Source: Pseudomonadota bacterium (GTDB lineage Bacteria > Myxococcota > JACRCW01 > JAFGSX01). Taken from it: a stretch of 64,000 nucleotides of DNA. Location: positions 96,001 to 160,000 of the forward strand of contig JBDRCO010000076.1 of NCBI GenBank assembly GCA_043821645.1. Reading direction: 5' to 3'. Below are positions 50,104 to 60,512 of this stretch, piece by piece; positions within the stretch are counted from its first letter, which is position 1; the number at the start of each line of letters is the position of its first letter. A program made the translations under genes and the position numbers. Below the pieces are notes generated by a model. It did not search any database and was not told where the DNA came from. It was given only the letters and a program-made list of their open reading frames with translations.

Positions 50104-53100
50104 ATGACTGCATCCCCGTCGTCACCCGAGCTGGACCGCCGCGTCGGCGGGCTGGTTCGCATGGCCCTTGGCCGCCCTGTCACCGTGACCATGGTGGCGC
50201 TGGCCGCGGTGGTGGTGGGCTTGATCTCCTACGTTCGGATCCCGCTTCAACTCATGCCCTCTGGTTTCACGGTGCCGCTGCTCTACGTGCAGGTGGCCTG
50301 GCCCAACGCCACTCCGGCCGAGGGCGCAGAGCAGGTGCTCGAGCCCCTCGAGGCTGCTCTGGCCACGGTGCCGGGGATCAAGGCCACGCGGAGCATGAGC
50401 CGGCTGGGCGGACTCGGGATGCGCGTGGAGTTCGATGACGGAACGGACATGAGCGATGCGTACAACGGTGTACGCGAGCGCATTGACCGCATCCAGAACG
50501 ATCTGCCGCAGGGGATCCAGAAGATCTACATCTGGAAGTTCGACCCCGACGACGAGCCCGTGCTGGTGCTCGCGATCCTGGCACCCCAGGATCTCGCCGA
50601 CGCCTACGAGCGCGTGCAGGACAGGCTGGCCCGTGCCCTCGACCGTCTGCCCGGGGTGGGCAACGTGGAGATCTGGGGTGGCACCCCCCACATGGTCGAG
50701 GTTGCCATCGACGCGGACCTAGCTCACTCCCATGGCCTGACTCCTTACCAGGTGGCCGAGGCCGTGCGCCGGGCAGGCTTCGTCGTCTCGGCCGGTGTCG
50801 CCCGCGAGGCAGGGCGCGTGCTGCCGATCCGGGTGCGCCAGCCACTTCGCGATCTGCAGACCCTGCGGGAGCTCCCGGTCGCGCGCGACCTGCGTCTGCA
50901 GGACCTCGCCCACGTGGTGCTGGCTCCCGACATCGACCGCGGCGCCGTGACCCGCATCGATGGCAAGTCTGCCCTGATGCTGGGGGTGTACAAGGAGTCC
51001 CGGGCCAACACCGTCGACACCTGCCGCCTGGTGCGCAGGACTCTGGAGCAGGTCCTGGCCAGCGAGCGCGCCCTCGCGGGGTTCTCGAGCATGTCGCTCT
51101 TCGATCAAGGTGAGCTCATCGACGAGTCGATCCAGAATCTGCAGTCCTCCTTGCTCTTCGGGGGCATCATCGCTGTGGCGCTGCTGTTCGTCTTTCTCGG
51201 ACGCTGGCGCCTGACCCTGGTCTCTGCCGTCGCGATCCCCGCGTCCTTGCTCGGCGCTCTCGCCGTGCTGTACCTGTCCGGGCGCACCCTCAACCTTCTC
51301 TCCCTCATGGGACTGATGCTCAGCGTGGGCATGGTCGTCGATAACGCCATCGTGGTGGTGGAGCGCATCGCCCGGCGTCGCCAGGCTGGAGCCTCTGTTC
51401 AGGACGCGGCCGGTCAGGGAACCGAGGAGGTGGCGCTGGCCATCACCGTGGCCACGGCGACGACCGTGGCCGCCTTCTTGCCCATCATCCTGATGTCCGG
51501 AAAGCAGGAACTGCGCTTCTTCCTGGGGGAGGTGGGCCTGCCCGTGTGCTACGCGCTCGTGGCATCCCTGGCGGTGGCGGTCGTGGTGGTACCCCTGCTG
51601 ACCCGCCTGGTCGGCAGCAGCCTGGATACACGCGCACATCCCCTCGGTGTCTCCGCCGACCACGTGGCCCAGGGCTACGCGCGTCTCCTGCGCCGGGCCG
51701 TACAGAAACCCTTCGATACGCTGCTCATCGCGATCCTGCTCTTCGCTTCCATCTTCGTTGCCAAGGTGCCCTCGACCGACAGCCTCGACGGGGGTGGAGA
51801 CGAGATCGCCGTCATGCTCGCCATGCCTCCGAGCTACACCGACGACGAGCGTCTGCAGGTCCTGATGCAGGTCGAGCAGGTGATGCTGGACCATGCCTCC
51901 GAGTTCGACCTCGAGCACGTGGTGCTGCAGCTGCGCCGCGATCGCGGACGCGATCTGGTACGTGGCTACTTCAAGCCGGTGGCCGAGCGGCAGAACAACC
52001 GCGACGAGGTGGGCAGGCAGCTCAAGAACCTCATCGATCCCGGGCCCGGGGTGCGCTGGCGCGTCGGCTGGGGAAGCCTGCGCGACGGCGATGGCAAGAG
52101 TCTGCGGTTGACGCTGCGAGGAACCGACCCCGAGGTGCTTCGCGACCTTGCCACCCAGGTCGTGGACCGTCTGGAAGGTGTTTCTGGCGTGATCTCGGCT
52201 CAAGCCGACGTGGACAGTGATTCAGTGCGTGAGCTGCATGCGCGGCTCCGCCCCGAGGCGGCCCTGCGCAGCGGTGTGGGCCCGGCCCTGCTCGGCGGAA
52301 GCTTGAGTCTTGCCCTGCGTGGCTGGCGCGTGACACGCATCCCTCTGGGTGGGCGTGACGTCGAGGTGCTGGTGCGCGCGGCACCGCATGGCGAGGGGCG
52401 GCGCGATCTCGGCAACCTCGCACTGTCCATGGCTCCGTCGAGTGCTGGCGATCTCGGTGGGGCCGTGACCTCCGGCGACACGACCGCCACCGACTCCGGC
52501 GCGGCAGCCCTCGAGGGCGCCGGTCTGGCTGTCGCCCTCGACCAGCTCACCAGCTTCGAGGAGGCGCCGGGCTTTGGCGCGGTGTACCGGGAGAACCGCG
52601 AGACCGTGGTGGCGATCGCGCTCACCCTGGACAGTGACGACATCCAGGCGGTGCGGGGTGAGGTCCAGCAGCGCATCGACGATGTGGCCCTGCCCAGAGG
52701 CGTCAAGCTGGACTTCGGTCAGCGCTTCAGTGACCTCGAGGGTCTGCAGTCCGACGAACGCTTCGCTGCGCTGTTGGCGATCTGCTTTGTCTTCCTGCTC
52801 ATGGGTATTCTCTTCGAGTCCTGGCTGCTCCCCCTGGCGGTACTGGCATGCATGCCCTTCGCGTACACCGGTGCACAGTGGATGCTCTTCGTCACCGGGA
52901 CCCCGCGCGACGTCATGGCCATGGTGGGCATGGTCATTCTCATCGGCATCGTGGTCAACAATGCCATCGTGCTGGTCGACGCCATCAACCGGGCTCGCCT
53001 TCAGGGACTAAACAGGATCGACGCCATCACCCGGGCCGGGCACGAGCGGCTCCGCCCCATCCTGATGACTGCGCTGACGACGATAGGCGGGCTGCTTCCC

Positions 53101-53307
53101 CTGGCCCTGGGGCAAGCTCAGGTGGCCGGGATCTCCTACGCCCCTCTGGCTCTCGCCGTCATCGGTGGGCTCGTCACGTCCACCGCGCTCACTTTGGTCG
53201 TGGTGCCCGCGGCGTATGTCGTGCTGGATGATCTCGGTGGCTTGCTGCGGCGGACTCTGCACGCCCGGACCCTGCCCGACGATCCCTCGCCCCCGTCCGA
53301 TGCCTGA
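50104..53307 (+). CDS. RND efflux permease (AcrB/AcrD/AcrF family)
   Basis: WPNATP, GMVVDNAIVVVE, GIVVNNAIVLVD, RLRPILMT. Confidence 0.93.
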   Translation: MTASPSSPELDRRVGGLVRMALGRPVTVTMVALAAVVVGLISYVRIPLQLMPSGFTVPLLYVQVAWPNATPAEGAEQVLEPLEAALATVPGIKATRSMSRLGGLGMRVEFDDGTDMSDAYNGVRERIDRIQNDLPQGIQKIYIWKFDPDDEPVLVLAILAPQDLADAYERVQDRLARALDRLPGVGNVEIWGGTPHMVEVAIDADLAHSHGLTPYQVAEAVRRAGFVVSAGVAREAGRVLPIRVRQPLRDLQTLRELPVARDLRLQDLAHVVLAPDIDRGAVTRIDGKSALMLGVYKESRANTVDTCRLVRRTLEQVLASERALAGFSSMSLFDQGELIDESIQNLQSSLLFGGIIAVALLFVFLGRWRLTLVSAVAIPASLLGALAVLYLSGRTLNLLSLMGLMLSVGMVVDNAIVVVERIARRRQAGASVQDAAGQGTEEVALAITVATATTVAAFLPIILMSGKQELRFFLGEVGLPVCYALVASLAVAVVVVPLLTRLVGSSLDTRAHPLGVSADHVAQGYARLLRRAVQKPFDTLLIAILLFASIFVAKVPSTDSLDGGGDEIAVMLAMPPSYTDDERLQVLMQVEQVMLDHASEFDLEHVVLQLRRDRGRDLVRGYFKPVAERQNNRDEVGRQLKNLIDPGPGVRWRVGWGSLRDGDGKSLRLTLRGTDPEVLRDLATQVVDRLEGVSGVISAQADVDSDSVRELHARLRPEAALRSGVGPALLGGSLSLALRGWRVTRIPLGGRDVEVLVRAAPHGEGRRDLGNLALSMAPSSAGDLGGAVTSGDTTATDSGAAALEGAGLAVALDQLTSFEEAPGFGAVYRENRETVVAIALTLDSDDIQAVRGEVQQRIDDVALPRGVKLDFGQRFSDLEGLQSDERFAALLAICFVFLLMGILFESWLLPLAVLACMPFAYTGAQWMLFVTGTPRDVMAMVGMVILIGIVVNNAIVLVDAINRARLQGLNRIDAITRAGHERLRPILMTALTTIGGLLPLALGQAQVAGISYAPLALAVIGGLVTSTALTLVVVPAAYVVLDDLGGLLRRTLHARTLPDDPSPPSDA

Positions 53308-53342
53308 GGTAGCATGGTATGAGGTCCGCACAGAGGTCTTCG

Positions 53343-55235
53343 ATGCTCGTTGATCGTCACCCCGCGCTGAGCATATCCAGGATCCTGGTGCCGACGCTTT
53401 GCGGCCTCGTGTTCGTGCTGGGCGGGTCCTGCGCACCCCCCCCGTGCTGCCGGGGTGACCTGGACTGCGCCGAAGGCTACGCCTGCACGGGTGGGCAGTG
53501 CCGGCCCCGCTGCCGCTTCGAGGGCCAGTGTTCCCTTGGCCAGCGTTGTGATGTCGAGCGAGGAGTCTGTGTCGGGGGGACGCAGCGCCTGGCGTGTACT
53601 GTCGACGACGCGGGTCCTGGCGATGGCCCGGCGGTGGAGTCGGGTCGCGATGTTGGCACGGTGGACGTCCGCGGAGACAGCGGGCGGCTGGATGTGACGG
53701 GCGTGGACCTGCCCGCGACAGATCGAGGACCTGGTGACGGCGGGGGCTCGGATCTCTCGGGTCGCGATCTGGTGCGGCGAGATGTCGGCACCGGGGACGT
53801 CACGGATTGGGACAAGCCGCCAGAAGAGGGGGGTGGCGACGGACCCGCGGTCTGCACGGACGATATCTTTGAGAACAACGACGACCGGCAGCATGCGGCG
53901 AGCATCACCAGCGCTCCCTTCGACGCGGTGCTGTGCCCGGGCGATCCTGATTTCTTCATCGTGGACCGCGGGATGAACGCCATCGTGCGTGCCACCTTGC
54001 GCTGCCCCGATGCACCGGTTCCCATCAGCCTGATCCTCCGTCTGCCTGGAGGTGTCCGGCTGGCCAGGACCTGCCTGTCGTCGACCGGAGAGGTCACGGC
54101 GAACCTCTCGGTTCCCGAGCCAGGACCGGCCACCGTGGAGCTGAGTGCGGGAGGTGCGGAGCCCGTTCCCTACAACCTGCAGGTCGAGGTCGAGGGCACG
54201 CAGCCGCCCTGCGGCACCGATCCCTTCGAGCCCAACAACTCGGCTGCCGACGCCTTTGTGGTCCGCCACGGCAGTAGCCTCAACGCAGCGACCTGCAGCG
54301 AGGACCCGGACTTCTTCGCCGTGGTCATGATGATGGGGACCACGCTGTCGGTGCGCCAGGATGTGGGCACACCCTGCGCCGGAGACCGCCTCACCCTGCT
54401 GGGACCCAACGGTACGACCGTGCTCGCGGACGACGTGTCGGCGGCCTCGCAGCGCGTTGTGTCCTCGAGCGTCACCCAGTCTGGGACCTACTACGTGCAG
54501 GTACTGAGTGGATGCACCGAGAACAGCTACTACGCCCTGCGGGTAGGTGACAGCTCCTGCGCCGATGACAGCCTCGAAGACAACGACAGCCTGGGTCAGG
54601 CCAGCAGTGTGGTCCCCTCCCGTATCGATGGGGCGATCTGTCGCGGCGACGATGACTACCTGGCCTTTGACGCAATCCAGGGGACTCCGCTGCGTCTGGA
54701 CCTGAGATTCAGCCACTCCAGCGGAGACCTCGACCTGGCGTTGTTCGACCCGGTGGCTCGCCGCGTCGGCCTCGCCCAGGGCGTGGGTGACGAGGAGGTC
54801 GTGCAGTACACCGCCAGCCAGAGCGGGCGCTACACGGCGCGGGTGTACGGTTTCAATGGTGCCGAGGCTCCCTACAGCCTCGACATCTGCCTCGACGATC
54901 CCTGGGAGGAGAATGACAGCATCGACCGCGCCGTGGACCTGCCTGGGCGCAACCTCCGAGGGGTGCTGTGCCGTGGCGATGTGGACCATTTCAGCGTGGA
55001 TCTCGTTGTACCGTCCGTCCTGCGCGCGACCTTTGTGCCAGAGCAAGGTCTGGCCGCCTCGCGCCTGAGCCTGGTACGCGCTCGTGACGGCGCCGAGGTG
55101 GCAGCCGCAGTTGTCCTGTCCGACGGCCAGCACCTCGAGTACATTCCCGACGAGAATGCGCGCTTCGTGCTGGTTGTGCAAGGACCGCCGGAGACCACGC
55201 TGTATGACTTGCAGGTGGTGATCCAGCAGGACTGA
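53343..55235 (+). CDS. Lipoprotein with Cys-rich N-terminus and repeated pre-peptidase C-terminal (PPC)-like domains
   Basis: GGSC lipobox-like; repeated C.DD..E.ND...A...C..D.D.F modules; DLDLALFD. Confidence 0.72.
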   Translation: MLVDRHPALSISRILVPTLCGLVFVLGGSCAPPPCCRGDLDCAEGYACTGGQCRPRCRFEGQCSLGQRCDVERGVCVGGTQRLACTVDDAGPGDGPAVESGRDVGTVDVRGDSGRLDVTGVDLPATDRGPGDGGGSDLSGRDLVRRDVGTGDVTDWDKPPEEGGGDGPAVCTDDIFENNDDRQHAASITSAPFDAVLCPGDPDFFIVDRGMNAIVRATLRCPDAPVPISLILRLPGGVRLARTCLSSTGEVTANLSVPEPGPATVELSAGGAEPVPYNLQVEVEGTQPPCGTDPFEPNNSAADAFVVRHGSSLNAATCSEDPDFFAVVMMMGTTLSVRQDVGTPCAGDRLTLLGPNGTTVLADDVSAASQRVVSSSVTQSGTYYVQVLSGCTENSYYALRVGDSSCADDSLEDNDSLGQASSVVPSRIDGAICRGDDDYLAFDAIQGTPLRLDLRFSHSSGDLDLALFDPVARRVGLAQGVGDEEVVQYTASQSGRYTARVYGFNGAEAPYSLDICLDDPWEENDSIDRAVDLPGRNLRGVLCRGDVDHFSVDLVVPSVLRATFVPEQGLAASRLSLVRARDGAEVAAAVVLSDGQHLEYIPDENARFVLVVQGPPETTLYDLQVVIQQD

Positions 55236-55278
55236 TGATGTTCAGAGGCGGTGCGTCCACCCCCCACCCGACGAGGAT

Positions 55279-56853
55279 GTGCTCGCCGAGCTCATCCGGA
55301 CAGCAACGACGATGACAGCTCCTGCTACCCCCAAGCCCCAGTCCGCTGCGCTCCGGGAACTGTACCAGCGCATCTGTGAGCAGGTGGATGCACCCACGCT
55401 GGTGGTTTTGCTCTACGCGTCTCTCGAGCGCAAGCGCCTGGAGGGGCTGTATACGCGATTCGCTCCGCGCCAGGGGCCGCGGGTGCAGGGGTTGGCCAAG
55501 GAAGAGCTGGTCGGCGCCGTTGCCGGCTGGTTCTTCTCGTCGCTGGACGTGGCGCACGCTGTGATCCGCGAACTCGACCGCGTCGCCAGCAAGGAACGCC
55601 ACATCGTGGCCTCGCTCCCCGACGCCAGCATCGCCGAGCGGCTCGAACGCTACCAGGCGCTGGATTTCAGGCGCGAACGCGCCAAGCTGGTGTGGGCCTT
55701 GCTCCGCGATGATCGCGCCGAGGCCCACGGCGTGGCCAGTGAGGTGTCTCGCGAGATGGTCGCACTGGCCCAGGGTGATGTTTCCGAGGCGGTCCCTGCT
55801 GCGGGCGCCGACGATGACAGCCGACTTGCCTCGCTTCGAGACAAGCTCGCCAGCTACGAGAACGGGCTGCAGGAAGTGAAGGGGCGGGTCAAGGGACTCC
55901 AGGGTCAAGTTCAGCGCCTGGAGCGCGAGCGCGCCGAGCTCATCGTCACCATCGGCCGCAAGGAGAGTGCCTTGCGCGCCGAGGAGAGCCAGCGCCGCGC
56001 CGCCGACGAGGCCGTCCTGGCAGCGCAGCGTACGATCAGGGAACTCGAACATAGGCTCGCGGCCATCGGCCCCGACGAGGTGCAACGGCTGGCCGAGGAG
56101 CGCAGCCAGCTGGAGCAGAAGCTCCGACGCCTGGAGAAGAAGGCCGAGCACACCCTGGAGACCGAGCGCCTGCGCGATGAGAGGGACGCCCTGCGGCTTC
56201 AGATCGAGGAACTCGAAGGGGCACAGATGCGCAGCCGCGACGAGCGGCAACAGCTGCTGCAAACACTGGTGGTGCGGGACCGCGCCACCCAGGAGCGTCT
56301 CTCTCACATGCGCGAAGCGCTCAAGGCCGCACGGCGCATGACCCAGACCACGGGCGACGCTGGCGAGCCGACTCCGCGCAACCGCGACGAGCGGCTCGGC
56401 ATCTTCGTTGACGCAGCCAACGTCAGTGCCAGCGCCAAGCGTGCGCATGGTAGCCACTTCGATTTTCATACGGTGCTCGCCCTGGCCGGCGATCGAGAGC
56501 GTGTGGTGACCCTGGCCTACGTCGTCGACAACGGCCAGCCGGGCTTCCAGGCGTTCGCCTCGGCCCTGCGGCAAATGGGTTTCACGGTCAAGGTCAAGAA
56601 GCCCAGTGTGAGGCCGGATGGCAGCATCAAGGCCGACTGGGACATGGCCATCGCCATGGACATCGTGGAGGCCCGTCACCGCGTCGACACCGTGCTCATC
56701 GCATCGGGCGATGGCGACTTTGTGCCTCTGGTCCGACGCCTCAAGCGCTGGCGAAAGCGGATCGAGGTCACGGCCTTCGATCATGCGATCCATCCCGAGC
56801 TCAAGCGCACGGCCGATGCCTACTGGCCCCTCGGGGCGCAGTCCTTGACCTGA
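55279..56853 (+). CDS. Coiled-coil protein with C-terminal NYN (LabA/DUF88, PIN-like) ribonuclease domain
   Basis: IFVDAANV, KADWDMAIAMD, ASGDGDFVPLV, LKRTAD; long heptad region. Confidence 0.85.
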   Translation: MLAELIRTATTMTAPATPKPQSAALRELYQRICEQVDAPTLVVLLYASLERKRLEGLYTRFAPRQGPRVQGLAKEELVGAVAGWFFSSLDVAHAVIRELDRVASKERHIVASLPDASIAERLERYQALDFRRERAKLVWALLRDDRAEAHGVASEVSREMVALAQGDVSEAVPAAGADDDSRLASLRDKLASYENGLQEVKGRVKGLQGQVQRLERERAELIVTIGRKESALRAEESQRRAADEAVLAAQRTIRELEHRLAAIGPDEVQRLAEERSQLEQKLRRLEKKAEHTLETERLRDERDALRLQIEELEGAQMRSRDERQQLLQTLVVRDRATQERLSHMREALKAARRMTQTTGDAGEPTPRNRDERLGIFVDAANVSASAKRAHGSHFDFHTVLALAGDRERVVTLAYVVDNGQPGFQAFASALRQMGFTVKVKKPSVRPDGSIKADWDMAIAMDIVEARHRVDTVLIASGDGDFVPLVRRLKRWRKRIEVTAFDHAIHPELKRTADAYWPLGAQSLT

Positions 56854-56875
56854 GCGCCGGCGCGCGAGATATGCT
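56845..56875 (+). promoter_or_regulatory. Putative sigma70 promoter of rnpB
   Basis: TTGACC-N19-TATGCT just upstream of the P1 helix (spacer long). Confidence 0.35.
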
Positions 56876-56882
56876 CCCCTTG

Positions 56883-57304
56883 CTCGTCGGAGGCGGCTGG
56901 GTGGCCGCCGGCCTCGCTCGCGCGGGGCGGGAGGAAAGTCCGGGCTCCACAGGGCAGGGTGGTCCCTAACGGGGACTCGGGGTGACCCGCAGGAAAGTGC
57001 CACAGAAATCACACCGCCGTCCGGACCCGTGGGGTGCGGCTTCGCCGTCGACGCGGGGCCTCCGGGCAGCAAGGTTGAAATGGTGCGGCAAGAGCGCACC
57101 GCGCTCACGGTGACGTGGGTGGCACGGTAAACCCCACCTAGAGCAAGGCGAAGAAGAGCCGAGGCGCCTTTGGGCGCATGGGTGGCCCGCCCATCGGCTC
57201 GGGTGAAGCCGCTGCAGGCGGCAGGCAACTGCCGTCGTAGAGGAATGGTCACCACCCGTCGTCAGACGGGGACAGAACCCGGCTTACAGGCCGCCTCCGA
57301 CGAG
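56883..57304 (+). ncRNA. rnpB: RNase P RNA, bacterial type A
   Basis: GAGGAAAGTCCGGGCTC, GAAAGTGCCACAGAAA, GGTAAACCCC..GAGCAAG, ACAGAACCCGGCTTA; ends pair (ctcgtcggaggcggc/gccgcctccgacgag). Confidence 0.97.
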
Positions 57305-57334
57305 TTTCTCTTTTTCAACATGCAGGATGCGCGC

Positions 57335-57351
57335 GGGGGGGGGGGGGGGGG
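57335..57351. repeat. G17 homopolymer
   Basis: 17 consecutive G between rnpB and the convergent PLP-enzyme gene. Confidence 0.85.
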
Positions 57352-57364
57352 CCCTGCGCCGGAC

Positions 57365-58876
57365 TCACACCCGGTACAGCACGTCCAGGTAGCGCGCGAG
57401 CAGGTCGCCGACGATGCTGCGGACGGGGAGAGTGGCGGCCATGCCGTAGACCGGGGCCATGCCACCCTGCGCATCGGGGTTGTCCCGGACCCACTGGACG
57501 CATTGCCACAGGTCGTCGACAAAACGCTCGGCCACACCTGGCTGGGTATGGCGCAGAGTGACGGCGAGGTGAACGCAGGCTGGCTTGTGCAAGCCATTGA
57601 GGTTCCAGCCCCGCTTTGTCATCTGATCCATCACCCGATAGACATCGAGCTCATCGGAACCGAAGGCGATGATCCACAGAGGGTCGCCCATGACCTTGAG
57701 GCCTGGGATGTCCTGGACACCGCGCTTGATCTTCTGTCCCGTGTCGACGATGCGTCGCGTGGCGTCGAGGTAGCCCTGCTCGCCGAGGCTGATCAGGGTG
57801 GCCCAGCACGCGGCGCTGAGGGCGCCAGGGCGGCTGCCCGCGAGGGTGGGCGAGAAGTACATGCCCCCGGGCCAGTCGGTGATCGTGTAGTACTGGAAGC
57901 GTCGCAGCGGCAGGTCGCGATAGAGCACCACCGACGTGCCCTTGGCCGAGTAGCCGTACTTGTGCGTGTCGGCCGACATGGAGGTCACACCCGGCAGCTC
58001 GAAGTCGAAGGGCGGCACGGCGTAGCCCAGCCGTCGTGCCCAGGGCAGCACGAAGCCACCCAGACAGGCGTCGGTGTGAAAGCCGACACCGTGTTCCCGG
58101 GCCAGCTCGCTGAGTTCGGCGATGGGATCGATGATGCCGTGCGGGAAGGTCGGTGCCGAACCCACGATGGCCACGGTGCGGCGGCTGAGGGCTGCGCGCA
58201 CCGACGCGACGTTCGCCCGCATGCCCTCGTCGACAGGTGTGCGCACGATCTTCATGCCGAAGTACTGTGCCGCCTTGTCAAACGCGGCATGGGCCGTGAC
58301 GGGCGCAATGATCTCGGCGCGCCGCAGGCCGTGCTCGGCGCGGGCGCGATCCCGGTAGACCTTCATTGCCAGCAGGATGCTCTCGGTGCCGCCCGAGGTG
58401 ACGGCGCCGCAGACCTCGGCATCGGTGGCGCGATCGCTTCCCAGCATGTGCGCCGTCATGGACACGATCTCGGCCTCGTACTTGGACGTCGATGGCCACA
58501 CATCCGAGTGCAGCGGGTTGCTCTGCGAGTTCACGGCATAGGCCTGGTTGAGGAACTCGATGTGGGCAGGGTCCCCGTGATAGACCGCGCCTGACACGTA
58601 GCCTTGATCCCAGCGTGCGTTCTCCTCGCCTGTCATGGTCCGCATGTCCGCCAGCACCTTCTCGCGCGCCACGCCCTGTGCCGGCAGGCGCGCGTGGCTC
58701 GCGAAGCGGTCGCGGTAGGGGCGCGCGCTGGCCTCGAGGTCGTGCATGACCTCGGACATTTCCTTGTCCACCGCCCGCTGCACCTGGGGGATGCGGCGCA
58801 GCACCCGGAACAGGGCTCCCGCGACGCGGGGGTCGACGTGTTGACCGAGTGTGTCGACGACGTTCTTGAACTCCAT
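57365..58876 (-). CDS. Sphingosine-1-phosphate lyase-like PLP-dependent enzyme
   Basis: [58 protein letters not shown]. Confidence 0.85.
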   Translation of the reverse strand: MEFKNVVDTLGQHVDPRVAGALFRVLRRIPQVQRAVDKEMSEVMHDLEASARPYRDRFASHARLPAQGVAREKVLADMRTMTGEENARWDQGYVSGAVYHGDPAHIEFLNQAYAVNSQSNPLHSDVWPSTSKYEAEIVSMTAHMLGSDRATDAEVCGAVTSGGTESILLAMKVYRDRARAEHGLRRAEIIAPVTAHAAFDKAAQYFGMKIVRTPVDEGMRANVASVRAALSRRTVAIVGSAPTFPHGIIDPIAELSELAREHGVGFHTDACLGGFVLPWARRLGYAVPPFDFELPGVTSMSADTHKYGYSAKGTSVVLYRDLPLRRFQYYTITDWPGGMYFSPTLAGSRPGALSAACWATLISLGEQGYLDATRRIVDTGQKIKRGVQDIPGLKVMGDPLWIIAFGSDELDVYRVMDQMTKRGWNLNGLHKPACVHLAVTLRHTQPGVAERFVDDLWQCVQWVRDNPDAQGGMAPVYGMAATLPVRSIVGDLLARYLDVLYRV

Positions 58877-58890
58877 GGCGGTGCCCTCTT

Positions 58891-60468
58891 TCAGTGGCGG
58901 TTGAGTCTCGCGTGCAGGCCCTTGTTGCGCTTGTACAGCTGCAAGAACACCTCGAACATCTCGTCGTACACGGCGCGGTTGGTTGACGTCGGTGTGAAGG
59001 TCCGCGCGATGGGCACGCGCTCCGGGATGTCCTCGAGGCGCAGTCGCCCCAGTGCCATTGCCGCCAGGAGCCCGGCGCCGCGGGCATTGGCCTGGATCGG
59101 GTCCTTCACTTGCTGCACGTCGTGGTTCCACACGTCGGCAAAGATCTGGCACCACACGTCCGAGGTGGCACCGCCGCCAATGATGCGAATGGGGTCGAGG
59201 CGCCGCCCGGCAAAGCGTTCGACATGATGCAGGAGCCAGCGCGCGTTGAAGGCCACACCCTCGTACACGGCCCGGAGCATGTGCTCACGGGTGGTCTGCA
59301 GCGAGATGTTGAAGAAGCTGCCACGAACCGAATGGTCCTCGACCGGGGTGCGCTCGCCGTAGAGCCAGGGCGTGAACAGCAGTCGATGGCTGCCTGCGGG
59401 CACGCTGGCCACGATCTGGTCGAACACCTTGTACACGTCGGGTTGGTGGGTCTCCTGCAGCAGCGCATCCTTGTGATAGACGATGTTGTCGCGCAGGAAA
59501 GTCAGGCAGGCGCCCGAGGTCTCCTGCTCGTCGGCGATGAAGTAGCGGCCGGGCAGTCCCGAGGGCAACGAGGCCATGTTGTGCAGGAGGTCGGTTTTCT
59601 TGAAGGGCACGTGACAGGTGAGCCACGACGAGGTGCCCACGTAGAAATGAGATTCATAATCGCGCACAGCGCCGGATCCGACAGCGGCCGAATGCAGGTC
59701 CGGTGTTCCCATGACCACCTGCACCGAGGGGTTCAGGCCCAGGGCGTCTGCCGACGCTGCGGTCAGGGTCCCCAATACCGCGTCGACGGGGAGCAGCTCC
59801 GGCAGCTTGGCGCGGTCTATCCCGCTGCGCCGGATCAGCAGATCACTGTAGTGCACGTTGCGGATGTCGCGATTGTCGGTGACCCAGGTCAGCGTGATCG
59901 TGGCAAAGGACGCTGCCATGCGGCCGGTGAGACGCGCGTTGAGCCAGTCCATGGGCTCGAGCAGCTTGTGTGCCGCGCGGTAGATGTCCGGTCGCTGGTC
60001 CTTGAGCCAGAGCATGTGCGCGATGGAGTCCTTGCCCGAGTGCCCCGGCGCGCCCCCGGTCAGGCGCAGGTAAGCTGGTAACTTGCGCAGGCTATAGCCG
60101 TCGATGGCCACCAGACCGCCGGTCAGGCGCTTCATGTAGCGGCTGCCGCGCGAGTCCATCCAGATGATGGCGCGGCACAGGGGCCTGTTGTCCCTGTCGA
60201 CAGGCACTGTTCCCGACCACTGGGTGGTGCAGCACAAGGCGACGATGCGGTCACGCGAGGCGAGCTGTCTCGCGTGCAGGCGTGCCACGGCCGTGGTGAT
60301 GGCTGTCCACCAGTCCTCGGGGTCTTGCTCGGCACCGCCACCGTCCAGCAGGTGCAGGGGAGTGGTCTCTATCTCGTGACCGAGCACGTCTCCCTGCATG
60401 GTCACCAGGGCGACCTTGGGGCCTGAGGTGCCCAGGTCGATGGCCAGCACGCAATCCTGTTCCGTCAT
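58891..60468 (-). CDS. FGGY-family carbohydrate kinase (xylulokinase-like)
   Basis: [32 protein letters not shown]. Confidence 0.9.
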   Translation of the reverse strand: MTEQDCVLAIDLGTSGPKVALVTMQGDVLGHEIETTPLHLLDGGGAEQDPEDWWTAITTAVARLHARQLASRDRIVALCCTTQWSGTVPVDRDNRPLCRAIIWMDSRGSRYMKRLTGGLVAIDGYSLRKLPAYLRLTGGAPGHSGKDSIAHMLWLKDQRPDIYRAAHKLLEPMDWLNARLTGRMAASFATITLTWVTDNRDIRNVHYSDLLIRRSGIDRAKLPELLPVDAVLGTLTAASADALGLNPSVQVVMGTPDLHSAAVGSGAVRDYESHFYVGTSSWLTCHVPFKKTDLLHNMASLPSGLPGRYFIADEQETSGACLTFLRDNIVYHKDALLQETHQPDVYKVFDQIVASVPAGSHRLLFTPWLYGERTPVEDHSVRGSFFNISLQTTREHMLRAVYEGVAFNARWLLHHVERFAGRRLDPIRIIGGGATSDVWCQIFADVWNHDVQQVKDPIQANARGAGLLAAMALGRLRLEDIPERVPIARTFTPTSTNRAVYDEMFEVFLQLYKRNKGLHARLNRH

Positions 60469-60512
60469 CGTGCCCTCCCGTCGCTCGTCGAAGCCCGGTC
60501 CGCACTCCGTTG

